In this document: in pieces, positions 29,963-44,572 of the stretch
Numbering within the stretch: the stretch's first letter is position 1
Layout of the letters: the number at the start of each line of letters is the position of its first letter
Source of the DNA: Eledone cirrhosa
Lineage: Eukaryota
Direction: 5' to 3'
NCBI GenBank assembly: GCA_964016885.1
Contig: OZ024742.1
Span: 306,466,001-306,530,000, forward strand
Length of the DNA: 64,000 nt
Made by a program: the position numbers and the translations under genes
Notes under the pieces: generated by a model
The model's database searches: none
The model's input: the letters and a program-made list of their open reading frames with translations, nothing else
What the model was told of the DNA's origin: nothing

Positions 29963-29966
<4 letters not shown>

Positions 29967-30059
29967 AAATTTAGACGGGAACAAAAACAGAGAGGCAGTA
30001 TAAATATGAGTTTATTAGGTTCACGCTTTTGAGAGTGGGGGTGGGGAACGACGTATATA

Positions 30060-30227
30060 TAGAAGTGGTTACACAACAGTTAATTCACCATACCGAGAAC
30101 AATTGTTTCACCTTAGCGGATCCTCAGGTCGTACGGAATAGGTTCTTGAACAGTACGAGGTGAGGTTCCGCTAAGGTGAAACAATTGTTCTCGGTATGGT
30201 GAACTAACTGTTGTGTTACCACTTCTA
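30060..30227. repeat. Fold-back element with a decayed hammerhead motif in each arm
   Basis: Arms of ~65 bp are reverse complements. The minus strand reads CTGAGGA-tCC gctaa GGt-GAAA-CAATTG-TT-CTCG. Confidence 0.65.
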
Positions 30228-30999
30228 CCTAACTCGTCCCATGGACTGAGTGCTCTACCACTACGGATATTACCTTCCAGTGTTCTACCTCTCTATCTCT
30301 CTCTCTATATATATATATATGTATATATAAATATATGTGTGTGAGTGTGAGTGTGTGTGTTTGGGGGTATGAGTTTGTGTGGGTGTGTGCGTGTGCAAGT
30401 GGACAGAAAACGACTGGTTAAAAAGAAGAGAGTTATCAAATTGTGAAAAACGGAAGGTATGTGGTTAACATAATGTAAGCACAAAAATAGGAAAAATGTT
30501 GTTACAGTGGAAACATATACGCTGAATAAAATTGAAGAAATACTCTTGTGTTTTGGGTCAAGCCCTTTATCAAAGTATAGTAGGGAAAGGAAAGAACAAT
30601 AAAAATTATAGGATGGATACAATTTTGGAGAATCTGATGCGATTTACAAAAGCTATATACAGAGAGTGAGAGAGTGAGTGAGAGAGAGAAAGAGAGAGAG
30701 TGAAGGAAAAGCATGGGGTAGGGAGGAGGAAAGAGAAAGGGAGAGTGTGAGTTATTGAACCGCTTTTCGTTAATACATTTACATTAAATCGAATATATGT
30801 ACTTTTTAAAGGAAGATAAAAAAAAATTTTAACTTTCCTCCAGGCAAAATTTCTTATTCTTCTCGTCTTGCTGCATCTAGACTTACTGCAGGCCACAACA
30901 CATGAAAGATATCGTCTGTTTCAATGGAAAGCTCCATAATCTGATACGATCTAATGTTTGTACTTAAGGTTAAATTTGGATTACTTTTACTGCACCTAT

Positions 31000-31004
31000 A
31001 ATAA

Positions 31005-31086
<82 letters not shown>

Positions 31087-31242
31087 GGTGGTGTTGGTGT
31101 TGGTGTTGGTAGTGGTGTTGGTGGTGGTGGTGTTGGTGATCGTGGTGGTTGTAGTAGTAGTAGGAGGAGAAGGAGTGGAGGGAGTGGTGGTGCGGGTGGT
31201 GGACGTGATGATGGGTGTAGTAGTACTACTAGTAGTAGTAGT
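31000..31242. repeat. (AGT)n/(GGT)n trinucleotide tract
   Basis: Read directly from the sequence. Confidence 0.95.
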
Positions 31243-32391
31243 TTAACTCTAAACATTCTCTATAATTTGAGAGTATGTGAGTTTACACCAATACAGTCAT
31301 AAGTTTATCAACTTTATAAATAAAAGAGTGGAAAAGATCTCGGCCTGAAAGTAAACAACAAACAGGTACTTTGGTAGACGGGTGCTTAACAAACTTGGAT
31401 GCGCCCCGTATGACAACTAAGCGTTGGTTCCTGGTTGTATCCGTATAGCTATGTTGTATTCTCCAGTTATCAGGTTATTCGAGAACTTGGGATCTTTGTT
31501 GACTCTATTGGTCAAAATGAAAATTGAAAAGTAAGTAGAACAGAAACTTACACACTTATGGGCTCATAGCTGATCAGTTGAATCCAGGCGACGCTCAAAA
31601 GCTACGAATACACAGAAACTAAAGTCATCACTTCCTATGGCGGAAAATAAACAGAAGATCTGTCTAAAACATTTGAATTGAAGTGGTGCCCTCATCATTG
31701 TCGTTGTATTTACAAGGTTTCCATCGTTGTTCTCGAAACATTAATCCGAAACTATATTCATGTCAAGGAGATAGACTATTCTCAATCTGATACCCTAGCT
31801 TAAATTGTGATATCACTTGCTGGTTTCGCTGCAGTGTATATAAATACACGACACCACGAATTGAAGACAGGCTCATCATATAAACAACCGCATATAACAG
31901 ATAACCAATGTTTATATTGAGTTTGTCATTGCCCCGAGATCATTAAGAAAAACGACAGGCACCTGAAGACGGACGTGCTGAATACTGACTGAAATAATAT
32001 GACTATAACAACGAAGATAGACACGATAAGAAATATATCATAACAGAATATAAAAGTATTTGTTTAAAATAAAAACATGTGGCTTCTTTTTCTTCTAACG
32101 TACTCTTAAGCCATGTACTTTTACGTTAGAAATTTGAAGCTGGTGAAATGTAGCTAAATTTGAAGCAAGTAACTTCTCTGTATGGGCAATATATAAGCTT
32201 TTAGAGTCTTTTTGAGTTAGTCATTGTAGTTCATATATTCCCTCGAGGTCAGTTCCGTTGAAAGCATTCACCGAAACACGTTGTCTTTGGGAACACTCGA
32301 TAATGATGTCCCTGTAGTGACTAATGCATAAATGGATTTACATATACGCATAGAAAGAATATTTATAAATATATATATATATATAACTATA

Positions 32392-32484
<93 letters not shown>

Positions 32485-32503
32485 GTATATATATATATAT
32501 ATA

Positions 32504-32575
<72 letters not shown>

Positions 32576-32577
32576 GC

Positions 32578-32620
<43 letters not shown>

Positions 32621-32658
32621 TATGCATATACATATTTATATATATATATATGCATATA

Positions 32659-32776
<118 letters not shown>

Positions 32777-33247
32777 TAGATACGCTTATATATATGCAAA
32801 TATCTACGTAAACTTAAATATTTACGGTGATGCTATGAACATGAACTGAGGAAAGAATCGAAATGCTATAATGTTCGAAAGTAAACAGAAAACAAAGAAA
32901 TATGTAGGGGATGGCTGGTGGGGAATCAGTGATGTATGGAGGGTGGGAGCTAATATTAAAAAGGAAAGAAAAAAAGACATGTGAATACTAGAAATATAAA
33001 CATCAGCCTAGAAACGAGAGAGACAAATTAATGTATAAACCTGACAAAAGTATTTTCCCGGAGACATCAATACCGGGTGAGCTTTTATGGGAAAATTTTA
33101 CTGTAGCAATTCTGCCAGGCTGAATTACTGAATAAGAACTTTAAGGTTCCATCTTGCATCATTGTTGTATTCATGCGTCCCCATTATCTCTCTTTCTTTC
33201 TCTCACTCTCTCACTCTCTCTCCCCTCTCTCTCTCTCTCGTTCTCTC

Positions 33248-33288
<41 letters not shown>

Positions 33289-33308
33289 TATATGCATATA
33301 TATATATA

Positions 33309-33406
<98 letters not shown>

Positions 33407-33420
33407 TTTTAATATAGATG

Positions 33421-33471
33421 AGATTCTACAGGACTAGAACTGTTTCATTCATTAGAAATCATCAGGAATCT
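33421..33471 (-). ncRNA. Type I hammerhead ribozyme
   Basis: AGATTC-CTGATGA-tTTC taat GAAt-GAAA-CAG ttctagtc CTG-TA-GAATCT. Confidence 0.75.
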
Positions 33472-34305
33472 GGGTATCAAAAAATAAAAATGGTATTTAT
33501 AGGTCTCTACAAGTGGTAGGAGAGGGTGGGGAGTGGGATGGGTGCAGGTCATTGGTTGATAGAAAAGGGAATTCATTAAAAGCTAATTCTACAAAGCTAT
33601 AGTTTATTTTTATTTATTTATGTTTTTAGAGTAACAAGGGCAGACAGAATTCTATAAACAGGTTCCGGATGGCATACCATTCCTTGTCATTAAGTTTCTC
33701 TTAAGCTAACAGATGTCTATAAAATCAGTGGGGGGTCAGTCATGGTCGATAGAATTAAAGAAAAGGGAGATTCTTTAAAAGCTAAAATCATTAAGGTTCT
33801 ACTAAGTGACAAAGGTCTAGAGAATTCTGCAGACAGATTCAAAATACTGAGTGCCTATCTTACTATTATCTTCGAACTTCTCTTAAACTAATCAACTATA
33901 TGCCAAAAATCAACAGACACATCACAAAAAAACAAAAAAACATGCTCACTCACACACTTACGCGCAACCATAAACACACACACAAACACATATACACACA
34001 TAAAAACACACACACATATATAAAAATATATTCATATACATACATATACATACACACATACATACATACATACATATATATATATAAATATATATATATA
34101 CATATATCTATAAGTATATATACATATATACACACACATATATATATACACATACACACACACATACACATACATACACACACACACACATATATACACA
34201 TATAAATACACTCACACACATACATACAAACACAAATATACATGTGTATACATATACACACAAATACATATAGACATATATACATACATATACACAGACA
34301 CATAT

Positions 34306-34341
<36 letters not shown>

Positions 34342-34401
34342 ACACACATACATACATACACATATATATACACACACATATATATACACACACATACATA
34401 T

Positions 34402-34454
<53 letters not shown>

Positions 34455-34686
34455 TACATACACACACATATACATATATATATTAAAAAAAACCATACAC
34501 ACACATATATACATATACACACACATACACACAAACACACACACACATATATATACACATATACATATATATATACATTCATATATATAACCATATACAT
34601 ATATACATATATACACATACATATATATATATATATATACACATAAACAAATATATACACATACAAACACACACACACACATACAT

Positions 34687-34739
<53 letters not shown>

Positions 34740-34780
34740 CACACATATACACATATATAAGGAAAAAGCACCATACATAC

Positions 34781-34899
<119 letters not shown>

Positions 34900-34964
34900 T
34901 ACACATATACACACATATATACACACACCCATACATATACATATATATACACATATATATACAC

Positions 34965-35025
<61 letters not shown>

Positions 35026-35074
35026 AATATATACATATATATAAAAATATACACACATATACATACACACACAC

Positions 35075-35150
<76 letters not shown>

Positions 35151-35377
35151 AAACACACATACAAACATACATATACACATACAAATATATAAACATATAT
35201 ATACACATATATACACGTATGTATATACATATATATATATACATATACATATATATATATACACATATATATATACATATATATATACATATATACACAC
35301 ACATATACATATTATATATACACATATACACACACATACACACACACATATATACACATTTTTATTTTTTGATACCC

Positions 35378-35428
35378 AGATTCCTGATGATTTCTAATGA
35401 ATGAAACAGTTCTAGTCCTGTAGAATCT
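35378..35428 (+). ncRNA. Type I hammerhead ribozyme (inverted twin of 33421-33471)
   Basis: Identical motif on +, with a 6-bp stem I and a closed CAG/CTG stem III. Confidence 0.75.
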
Positions 35429-35510
35429 CATCTATATTAAAACTTTTATACTCTGCTATGTATTGAGTACCTTACTTACTGTGGTTACCTCCGATTCAAC
35501 CCGGAATAAC

Positions 35511-35551
<41 letters not shown>

Positions 35552-36229
35552 TATATGCATATATATATATATATATATGAATATATATATATATGCATAT
35601 ATATATACATATATGCATATATATATATCATGTATAAATATATATATACATATATGGATATATATATATATATATAAATATATAGTTATACTTGGGGAGG
35701 GTCATATTTGCGTAATATTGCCAGAATTAATAACAGAACACACTCACTGTTTGGTTGGTTTTCGCTTCTCGCTGTCTTTTATTATATCTGCGATCTAATT
35801 TATTCGGTCCTCAATGTTGCCATTGACTGACCGGCGGTCAAAAATAATACAGATACAATATAGACACAAACACATATATATATATATATATAGTTTACAT
35901 AATTTACATAAATCTTTCGTTGCACATCTGCAACATCGTCAGTGGTGTTATATTCATTGTTCCTCCTGTTGTGTTGTATGTCTACGCCATTTTTTTTTTT
36001 TGTTCAGTCTGTCTATATATTTATTTATTTATTTGCTTGTTTGTTTATCTTATTTTATTTTGTCTTCTTTGCGCATGCGTTTGCGTGTGTGTATAGTGTT
36101 ATGTGTGATGTGTGACTAGTGTGTATAGTGTTGTGTCTGCTGGGTGACTAGTGTGTGTTTATGTGCTTGTTGTTATTGTGCTTGTGTATGTATTTATTTA
36201 TCTTATTTTATTTAATTTTATTTACTTAT

Positions 36230-38165
36230 TTATACTTCTCTTAGGTCAGTGTTGTTTGTTTGGGTGTTGTTGTTGTTCCACTCATTCTTTCTGTTTAGCT
36301 TTGGTCTTCTAATTTCTATTTCACTGGCCTCTCTGATTTGCCTATCTGCTGGGTCATTCCTATGTTTAGATATTATTCTAATTTCTATGTTGTCTATGTT
36401 ACCGTCATGTTGTTGTCTAGCATGTTCGTATAGTACTGACTCGTTTTTTCGTCCTTTTAGTTCCCCCCAGTGTTGGTCTATCCTTTCACCTATGCTACGA
36501 GCTGTCTCACCTATGTATGTTGTTGTCATGTTTCTGCAAGTACCCTCTGTACATCTTATGCTATAGACTACGTTTCTAGTTTTACAGTTTATCCGGGGGT
36601 TCACCTTACATATGATACACTTCCTATTGGTACAGTGGGTTTTCTTAAAAGGCTAGGTTTTGCTGATCAGGAATTTTATGGTGGTTCCTGGCTTTTCTAC
36701 CACCTTTATTTTTAAGTGGGTCTTTCTCAGGGCCTTTCTACACTGGTTAGCTAATTTCCCTCCAGGGGTGGCGTCCACAAACATGACACTCTGATATCTC
36801 TGGTTGTCGTACCATGATGTGGCCTTCCCTATCTTATGTCTAGCCCTATCTAAGCTATTCCATGATTTGCTCCTCCTGTATAGTGGGCAGATTCCTTTCA
36901 TGTCCAGTTCTATGAGGGTCTTATACTTTTCCATGGCTCCTTCGTATACTCTGACTCTGTCTCTTTGGTTGTAGCCAGAGAACTGCATGCGGTTGATGAA
37001 GTGTTGGATGTGTCCTTCCATTTCTGTTGGGTCGCACATGCTGGACACATTCTTCATCATTCGTACCAAATCTGCGATCAGAATATTAAACTTAGCACTA
37101 CTGGACATTGCTGAGTTTTTTAGTATCAGGTATTTGGAGGCCATGGGTTTAGCATAGTGTGAGTGGAGAATTTGGGCTCTTTCATCTGTAGTGTTAATCC
37201 AGAGTTCTGTGTGTAATACAGGTAGCCTATTGTTAGGGTGTTTGGAAGGGAAGTCTATAGTTACAGTTATACTCTGGTGTATGGAATTAGCTATCTGCTG
37301 GATGCTTTCCATCGTGCTACGTTCTAAATCAAACTTGTTAGTGCTCTCTAGTGGGGGTGTTCTTATAACTATATTGATATCATCTACATAACGAGAGTAC
37401 ATGATGAGGTCTATGGAGCTTTCATTAAGGAGATCTTTAAGTCTCCTTTCCCACCATACCATGAAAAGGTTGGCAACATCACCAGCTATGCTGACGCCGA
37501 TGGCTGCTCCCTCATTTTGGGTGTAGATTTTCTCATTGAACTTAAATATGTGGCCCTTTAGGGTAGTTTTGATACTAGCCCCTATTGCATGTGCGACCAT
37601 TTTTCTTACCTGATCAGTGTTTTGGGGGGTCCGTATGGCTTTGGTCCACCCAATCCACCTTCCTATGGGAGTCTTTTTAGCCATTGAGGTTATGGTGGGG
37701 GGTCTACCTCTTATAGGTCTACTAGGGCAGAAACATCTAAGGTCATGGCTGTCTAGGTAGTCAGTGTCGTAGGTAAGTCTAAGTAGGAGGCCCAGTTCGT
37801 CTGTGTCGACGTCGCAGAACTCCACCTCACTCTCAATGATCATCTCCACACATCTTTTCACAGCAAAATCAATGTTAATGGATGGGTACAGTGACACTAC
37901 ATCCATGCTGCCTATTATGCAGTTGGATAGGCTCCTGTTTTTGTTGCACTCACTGATTCTGCTGAGGAGGTCCACTGTACGTTCACATACATCTGGGGAC
38001 ATCTTGATTATGGGGCGTATAACCACTGAGAGGAAGTAGGAGATCCTGTAGTTTCTAGCTATATTAGCTCCGCATACGTGTCTTGTTGGTGGTCCTGTTG
38101 TCGGGTCGTCGACTGTCTTGTGGTCTTTGCGGAGCCCATACAAGGGTGGTATGCCATTGTTAGAT
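36230..38165 (-). mobile_element. 5'-truncated Penelope-like retroelement (RT + GIY-YIG), one frameshift
   Basis: YGLRKDHK, SMDVVSLYPSI, QNEGAAIG, YSRYVDD, HYAKPMAS; then NVVYSIRC...YIGETARSIGERIDQH...R.IRE...LNRKNE. Confidence 0.93.
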
Positions 38166-38675
38166 GCCTATATATATATAGTTTCATTGACAAGTATATT
38201 AATGTGCACAGTCACGTAGATATATTGCCCTTCGTATGACAGTGTGATTTTAGCTCAATGTAGGATAACTAGTATACTACAGAGCCGTTATTTTTTGTTG
38301 TTGTTTGATCATGCTGAGTAACCCCGTCACTCATTTCTTGCTATCCTCTCTCAACCTTCTTATGATCTATTGGTCCATTTATGTGATAAACTGTTGATGT
38401 AAATTTTTATGACATTATATGCGTCATGCATTGTGTGTTTTTCTATATAGCGTTGGCGTTGGGGCCCCCCTACTTGTCCTTTATCCTTGTTCTGGTGGAT
38501 GAGATCGATGGAGCCTGCAACCTTTGATACATTTTTGTTTATAAGCTCTGATGGATCCTGCCAAAGGGTATGTATGAAACACTGTTAGCAAATAAAACAA
38601 TGTATTTCTAAGCACTCTTTGGTTATTCCTAAACTTATATATATATATATATATAACTATACATATATATATATG

Positions 38676-38706
<31 letters not shown>

Positions 38707-38753
38707 TAGTGAAAAAGAGCAAAGGAACTATTATGACATTATAACAAGTTTAT

Positions 38754-38800
38754 TGCCGACAGCCGTTTCGTCCGACCATATGTGGGACTTTTCAAGGCAT
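38754..38800 (-). ncRNA. Variant minimal hammerhead motif (UUGAAAA core) in the left terminal repeat
   Basis: TGCC-TTGAAAA-GTCC...GGAC-GAAA-CGGCTG-TC-GGCA-ATAAA; the core deviates from CUGANGA. Confidence 0.55.
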
Positions 38801-41150
38801 ATAACATGTGATTGTAAGATCATTATTTACATCAACGTATCACTCAAGACTAGCAGTTTGAAATCGTGGTATACATCAGCAGCTCCGCTTGTATAGTTGG
38901 GGTCTATATTCTAAGGGGGCTCTTTTATATTAGTTGTCGGGGTCAGGGATTGAAGGTTAAAAATTAGATAATATCTAATTTACGCATTAAAAGTAAAGAT
39001 TAAATTAGAAGACTTGGGATCCCGTAGAAGCACCTTAAAAAATCCCTCAATAAGTGCATAAGGCTTACAGGCTCCAATAAACCTAATAAACTAGGAGAAA
39101 TTAAGAGGCTAATAAAATAAAAAAATAAAAAATAAAAATATAGAGTTTCACATTTGAGGATGAAGTGTGGGAGCTGCTCGTTGAGCTCCTTGAGCAAGTA
39201 CAATCCGACGAGGTCTGTCACCTGCGCTGAGTCGCTAGACCCCATAGTGATGTCGAAGTTGTTACGAGTGTTCTTGCGCGTCCACAATTCATCCTCAAAT
39301 GTGATAATTGTTTTACGAGCGGCAAGGACTATGTCAATCTGGGATCTAGTGAGTCCGCCTGTCCGCATTGCCATCATGAGCGCCTTATTTAGTAGTATGG
39401 GGGATATAGACGTATAGTAGGAGTCTATATCGAACTGGATGAAGCGTAGTGATTTGTGGTTGATAATGCTTGAGAACCACTTTATCACTTCAGCAGTGTT
39501 TCCCCATAGGTCCAGGCTAATCCTGTCTTTAACTTTCGGTATGACTTCATCTAGTATTTTTTTACTTATAATCCCTATGTCAGATTTAGAGGGGCTAATG
39601 AGCCTGACAGAGGGGCGCATACATAACTTAAAACAAACAAAAACCCCCTACACACTAAGCTGGAGATGCCTTACTAAAGCTCCTCCATATAGCTCGTTGA
39701 GCAGGTTTTGTAGCCTGTGCCTATCTGAATCTCATGCCATAGTATTCTCAGGGCTCAACTTGCTCAATAGGAGATCAGAAATCTTCTCGTCCTTCCCCCA
39801 TACTATACTTAGCTTTCTTTTTCTTCAGACCAGACACATAGCCCTGACACCACCCTGTCCCGCACTTGGCAGCCCAGTTGGCGAACAGGGTACTCTTTAG
39901 TAACCCCGGCCGCATAGATGCCTCGGCTCCCCGATTGCAGATGGGGACTCTGGTGAGGAACAGACGACCCTGTGTCCCACTTGGCAACTTGGGATTGGTG
40001 GCAGCATTGTTGCTGGGAACCCTGGGGGCAGCTGATGCCTGCGTGTAGGACATTGTGAGTGCCTGGACCCACGTTGACTAATCTGGGAAGGTGCCGTCGG
40101 AGATGTATGTCAACAAACTCGGGAAGATGCCCAGGGATACAGTAACAAAACACCCAATATGGTGGCCGCCCCCTGCCTATAACTAATCAACCCCCACCCT
40201 CCCCTAGTAAACCCCCGCCCAAATAGATGTCCCTCCCCATTCTCCCCCACTCACTTCTTTTGAGTTAGTTCTTCTTTATTATTAGTGATTAGTTCTTTAT
40301 TAATAGGGATTTTTTTGTATTTTACCACAGTTGACTTAATGGGCTTGGAGAGTTGACTCCCTTGATGTCTGACCACTCGATAAGTTAGGGGTTGTGCCCC
40401 TTGAACAGGGGTGTGTCTAGCTGGTCTACCTGCTGTCTGCTACTACCCGAGACTGGACACGGTCGTAGCCACAGGCCAGCGCGTGCGCGATAGCATAGAA
40501 TATATATTTTCTGCTAGTCACCCCGTGTAATATGATACCCCAAGATTCCATGCATGAGATTCACCGAAGCATGCGCAGTCTTAACCGGGAGATGACATGC
40601 GAACTTGAAAATACCACAAGAGAGACCCTTTGGATAGCGTAGACGCCGGACCATACCCGCAAATATATACCCTGATCTGTCTTGAATATACAGGGCTGAC
40701 GGAATATGGATAACACGACCACCATCTAAGCTGGAACCGACCCATACAGCAAACAAAGAGGGGACAGCCCTTCGCATTTGACCAGTCGCGTGTGGGCTTG
40801 GAGTTCGTAGTACACCACCCCAGTCAAATCCACACTGGTTTTTTTTACCAATATAGCATGTAGACCAATACATCCTATGTAGCGAGACCTTGGATTTAGA
40901 ACCGGCAGGCTGATCTATCGCAAACGCGTGCAACCCCCGACACTAAAAGATCGAACGGACCACACCCAGCAACCACTAGCTATTTGATCCACAGGTACAT
41001 TTCCCAGAGAGTCCACACAGCTGATAGTGAATCCCAGTTGATCCGTGGACTATGAACTTTTAAACAAGACCAACTGTGCCTGGAGCTATGCAGATGACTA
41101 CATACGCATAATGGATATCGCACCCACACGGTCACCAGTATTGTTCATCC

Positions 41151-41402
41151 TGCTGTATGTATGTAAATATCCGTGCGCGGGATATCCCTGAGTACATTTT
41201 CTTGACCATCAATTGTTAATTGATTGTTTGTTAATTAGGCAGGAATATAACATTAAGTATGTGTTAATCCTATGTGTTGCTGTATGTGTGTAAAGTATCC
41301 GAGCGCGGGATATCCCTGAGCAAATTTTGCCTGACTGTTAAGAGTGTATTGATTACTTGTTAATTAGGCAGGAATATATTATTATGTCTTTGTTAATCCT
41401 TA
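41151..41402. repeat. Diverged tandem duplication, ~126-bp unit x2, inside the PLE 3' region
   Basis: GCTGTATGT..TATCCG.GCGCGGGATATCCCTGAG...TTGTTAATTAGGCAGGAATATA..TGTTAATCCT occurs twice. Confidence 0.8.
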
Positions 41403-42324
41403 ATTTTTTGATAGTACATTATTAGATTACTGAAGCTACCTTATACCTTCTTAAAAATACATTTTATAATTATTGTCTTTTTGCTTATGTATTTTCTTAT
41501 TTACCACTTTCTTTAATCTTGCCCAACTTGATAAACTCTTTGAATTGCTCCCTAATTAAATTACTTAAATTACTTAAATTATTGTATCTATTATGCCTAA
41601 GTTGTATCTGTTGAAGCAGCCCTTTGAAAATTCCTCGGATATCCCAAATAACGTAATTTTTAACTTTTAATTTATAATTTTCCTCAATTCGTTTATATAT
41701 ATCCTTAAAGGCTCTCTAAAATTTTAATTCTTCGAAGGGTCTCTCGGAGGAAGCTCCTATTAAAAATATTAAAGGGGCTTTTTCTGAGAGATTTATTGAA
41801 GGCTCTTTGAATTAACCTTTAATTGATTAGTTTCTTTCAACTTAGTAGGGAATATCAAAACCTCGTAAGTTTTCTGAAATTTGTTAACGTGATCTCGGGG
41901 GAAGAAAGTTTTTTTCTTTCGAAAAAAAAAATTTTCTCTCGAAGGAATTTCTTAGCAAACTTTATATTTTTAGTGAAACTCTATATTTTTATTTTTTATT
42001 TTTTTATTTTATTAGCCTCTTAATTTCTCCTAGTTTATTAGGTTTATTGGAGCCTGTAAGCCTTATGCACTTATTGAGGGATTTTTTAAGGTGCTTCTAC
42101 GGGATCCCAAGTCTTCTAATTTAATCTTTACTTTTAATGCGTAAATTAGATATTATCTAATTTTTAACCTTCAATCCCTGACCCCGACAACTAATATAAA
42201 AGAGCCCCCTTAGAATATTGACCCCAACTATACAAGCGGAGCTGCTGATGTATACCACGATTTCAAACTGCTAGTCTTGAGTGATACGTTGATGTAAATA
42301 ATGATCTTACAATCACATGTTATA

Positions 42325-42371
42325 TGCCTTGAAAAGTCCCACCATATGGTCGGACGAAACGGCTGTCGGCA
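42325..42371 (+). ncRNA. Variant minimal hammerhead motif (UUGAAAA core) in the right terminal repeat
   Basis: Same motif as 38754-38800, followed by AATAAA. Confidence 0.55.
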
Positions 42372-42524
42372 ATAAACTTGTTATAATGTCATAATAGTTC
42401 CTTTGTTCTTTTTCACTAATATTTCTGCTCTGCTTTCACGCATAGAACTTAACTAGCTACCGTCACATATTTGGTAGGTCAGACGTGATCATCGCGATTC
42501 ACATACGACCTACCATACATCTTG

Positions 42525-42559
<35 letters not shown>

Positions 42560-42562
<3 letters not shown>

Positions 42563-43120
42563 TACAAATAGACCTAGGATCAAGAATGTCCGTCATCAGT
42601 AGCCTGCTGATTATCATTGGTATTTCTTCGCATTAAAGACTAGATACCTAAATTCAGTGCGGTCGATAACTAAATTAAGTTAACGGGACAGAGGAAAACA
42701 GAGGAAAGGAAACAAACAACATGGTAGTAATGCAACGTAAAGAAAGGAAAAGAGAGACAAGTCCGAGCCACGAGCAAAGTGAGAGAGGAAATAATTTCAC
42801 GCAGGTCAGACGGGAGGAACTGAGAGAGGAGGAGTAGCAGAGAGTGAAAGTGTGGGGAAGAGGCCAGCCGAGAGTGAATGATCACAGCGGGAGTGGAGGA
42901 AAGCAAGAGGTGATGGAGAGAGAAGGGGGAGGAGAGAAAGAGGATAGCAGTAAGGTGACAGAAAATATACGAACCACGGCGAAGGGAAAAAATATATGTG
43001 AATGAAAAATGGCGTGGTCCGTTGTTGCGAATATGAACATATGAATAAAAATAGACCGAGAAACAAGAATGTCCGTCATCAGTAGCCTGCTGATTATCAT
43101 TGGTATTTCTTCGCATTAAA
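42560..43120 (-). mobile_element. Non-autonomous PLE-like repeat with ~57-bp direct terminal repeats
   Basis: CAAGAATGTCCGTCATCAGTAGCCTGCTGATTATCATTGGTATTTCTTCGCATTAAA at 42581 and 43064; homologous to 47390-47905. Confidence 0.6.
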
Positions 43121-43323
43121 TGTATATGCATATATGTGATATTAAGGATACTATTTATAGTTATGTATATATTATACTATAAACATCTATAAACAGGTAA
43201 GGTCAGTAATTTATTACTACCTTATTACCAGTAAGATAAATAGCTCAATGTAAGAACATCATTTGTTATACAGAGCAGTAATATAGAATACACAAGAATC
43301 AAAGCTATGTTAGAACATTTAAT

Positions 43324-43370
43324 TGCTGACAATTGTTTCTTCCAAGCCTAGGCTTGGAGTCTTCGGAGCA
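43324..43370 (-). ncRNA. Minimal hammerhead motif with one core substitution
   Basis: TGCT-CCGAAGA-cTCCAAGCC ta GGCTTGGAa-GAAA-CAATTG-TC-AGCA-ATTAAA; U4 is replaced by C. Confidence 0.6.
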
Positions 43371-44072
43371 TTATTAATAATGTTTGTACTTATAATCAAC
43401 CTCCTATTCGGCTGAAGAATCATACAGATACAAATTGTGGACAACAGTTTCATGATTACAGTGTTGGGTGCATGCGACATATATTATGTTATACTATAAT
43501 TGTACAAAAAGATTAGAATCAAAATTAAAATTAAAAGCTTTTGGTGGAGCACATGTGACAGATAATACAAGAGCGTCTAATAAATAAATAAAATTAAAGA
43601 GACAGTACATCGTGACATATGTAATGGATGTGAAACCTGCAACTTTCTTATTCTACACACACACATATTTGATCTACACAGAAAATATCTCCGCATTGCA
43701 ACCACCATAATATAATAACACACCTGCTTTAAGTGCTTGTATTTTTTATACAACACAAACCATTCATATATGCTTTATACTTTTGCTTGTTCAATTGCTT
43801 TATATATGACTAACGCACGCACTGTCTTTTTAATTTTATTTATTATGTATGCTCATCACCAAAATGTTTGGTAGCTACTTGAAATCCCCTCTAGCCATAC
43901 CATGTTGATCTTACAGGATATTTGGGGAACTTATTAAGATCATACCAGCGCGGAGTAAGTGCGCAAAATAGAGCCACTAGCAAAATTGCGTAATTGCAGA
44001 AATAACTACATCTCATAGAAAACATATAGAGCTTATATGTATATATCTGTCACATTGTAAACCAATTTAAGG

Positions 44073-44117
<45 letters not shown>

Positions 44118-44119
44118 GA

Positions 44120-44572
44120 ATCGCTATTTCAGAGCACCAATCCTAATATCTAATATTTGCTGCACCGGCAATCGCTCTGTATAATCAGCTCCTGATTATT
44201 ACTGGAATTCTTTAAGAATACAGCTTCTATAATTTTAGGGGAAAGCAAGGAGTGAGTGGCTCGGATGATCACCAACAGCGTGAAACAGAATGTTAGCTTC
44301 TCTCCCTTCTTTCGCTGATAAGAAGTAAGTGACTACTTTAAAACCGGCAGCGTATGGTCTTCAATATGTTTTAAATTAAACATACGGTATATTGCAAAAT
44401 ATTCTATACATCGCTATTTCAGAGCACCAATCCTAAAAGCTAATTTCTGCCGTACCGGCAATCGCTCTGTATAATCAGCTCCTGATTATTACTGGAATTC
44501 TATAAGATTCCAGCTTCTTTAATTTTTGGCGAAAGCGGGGATGCGTGGCTCTGATGATCGCCAACAGCGTGT
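44120..44572 (+). mobile_element. Decayed retrozyme-like tandem repeat (290-bp unit, ~1.5 copies)
   Basis: TCGCTATTTCAGAGCACCAATCC at 44121 and 44411; hammerhead remnants at 44258-44298 and 44547-44571. Flanked by TA tracts. Confidence 0.6.

Larger units (their letters stand above)
38704..42422. mobile_element. Rearranged Penelope-like element with ~445-bp inverted termini
   Basis: 38704-39150 is the reverse complement of 41975-42422. RT fragment on - (39150-39620: FIQFDIDSYY, FDITMGSSDSAQVTDLVG) fused to a GIY-YIG C-terminus on + (39620-39810: PYTLSW..PYS..CSLCLSE..LLNRRSE). Confidence 0.88.

Noticed and set aside
30958-31302. Ser/Gly-rich ORF
   Set aside because: It is a product of (AGT)n/(GGT)n repeats.
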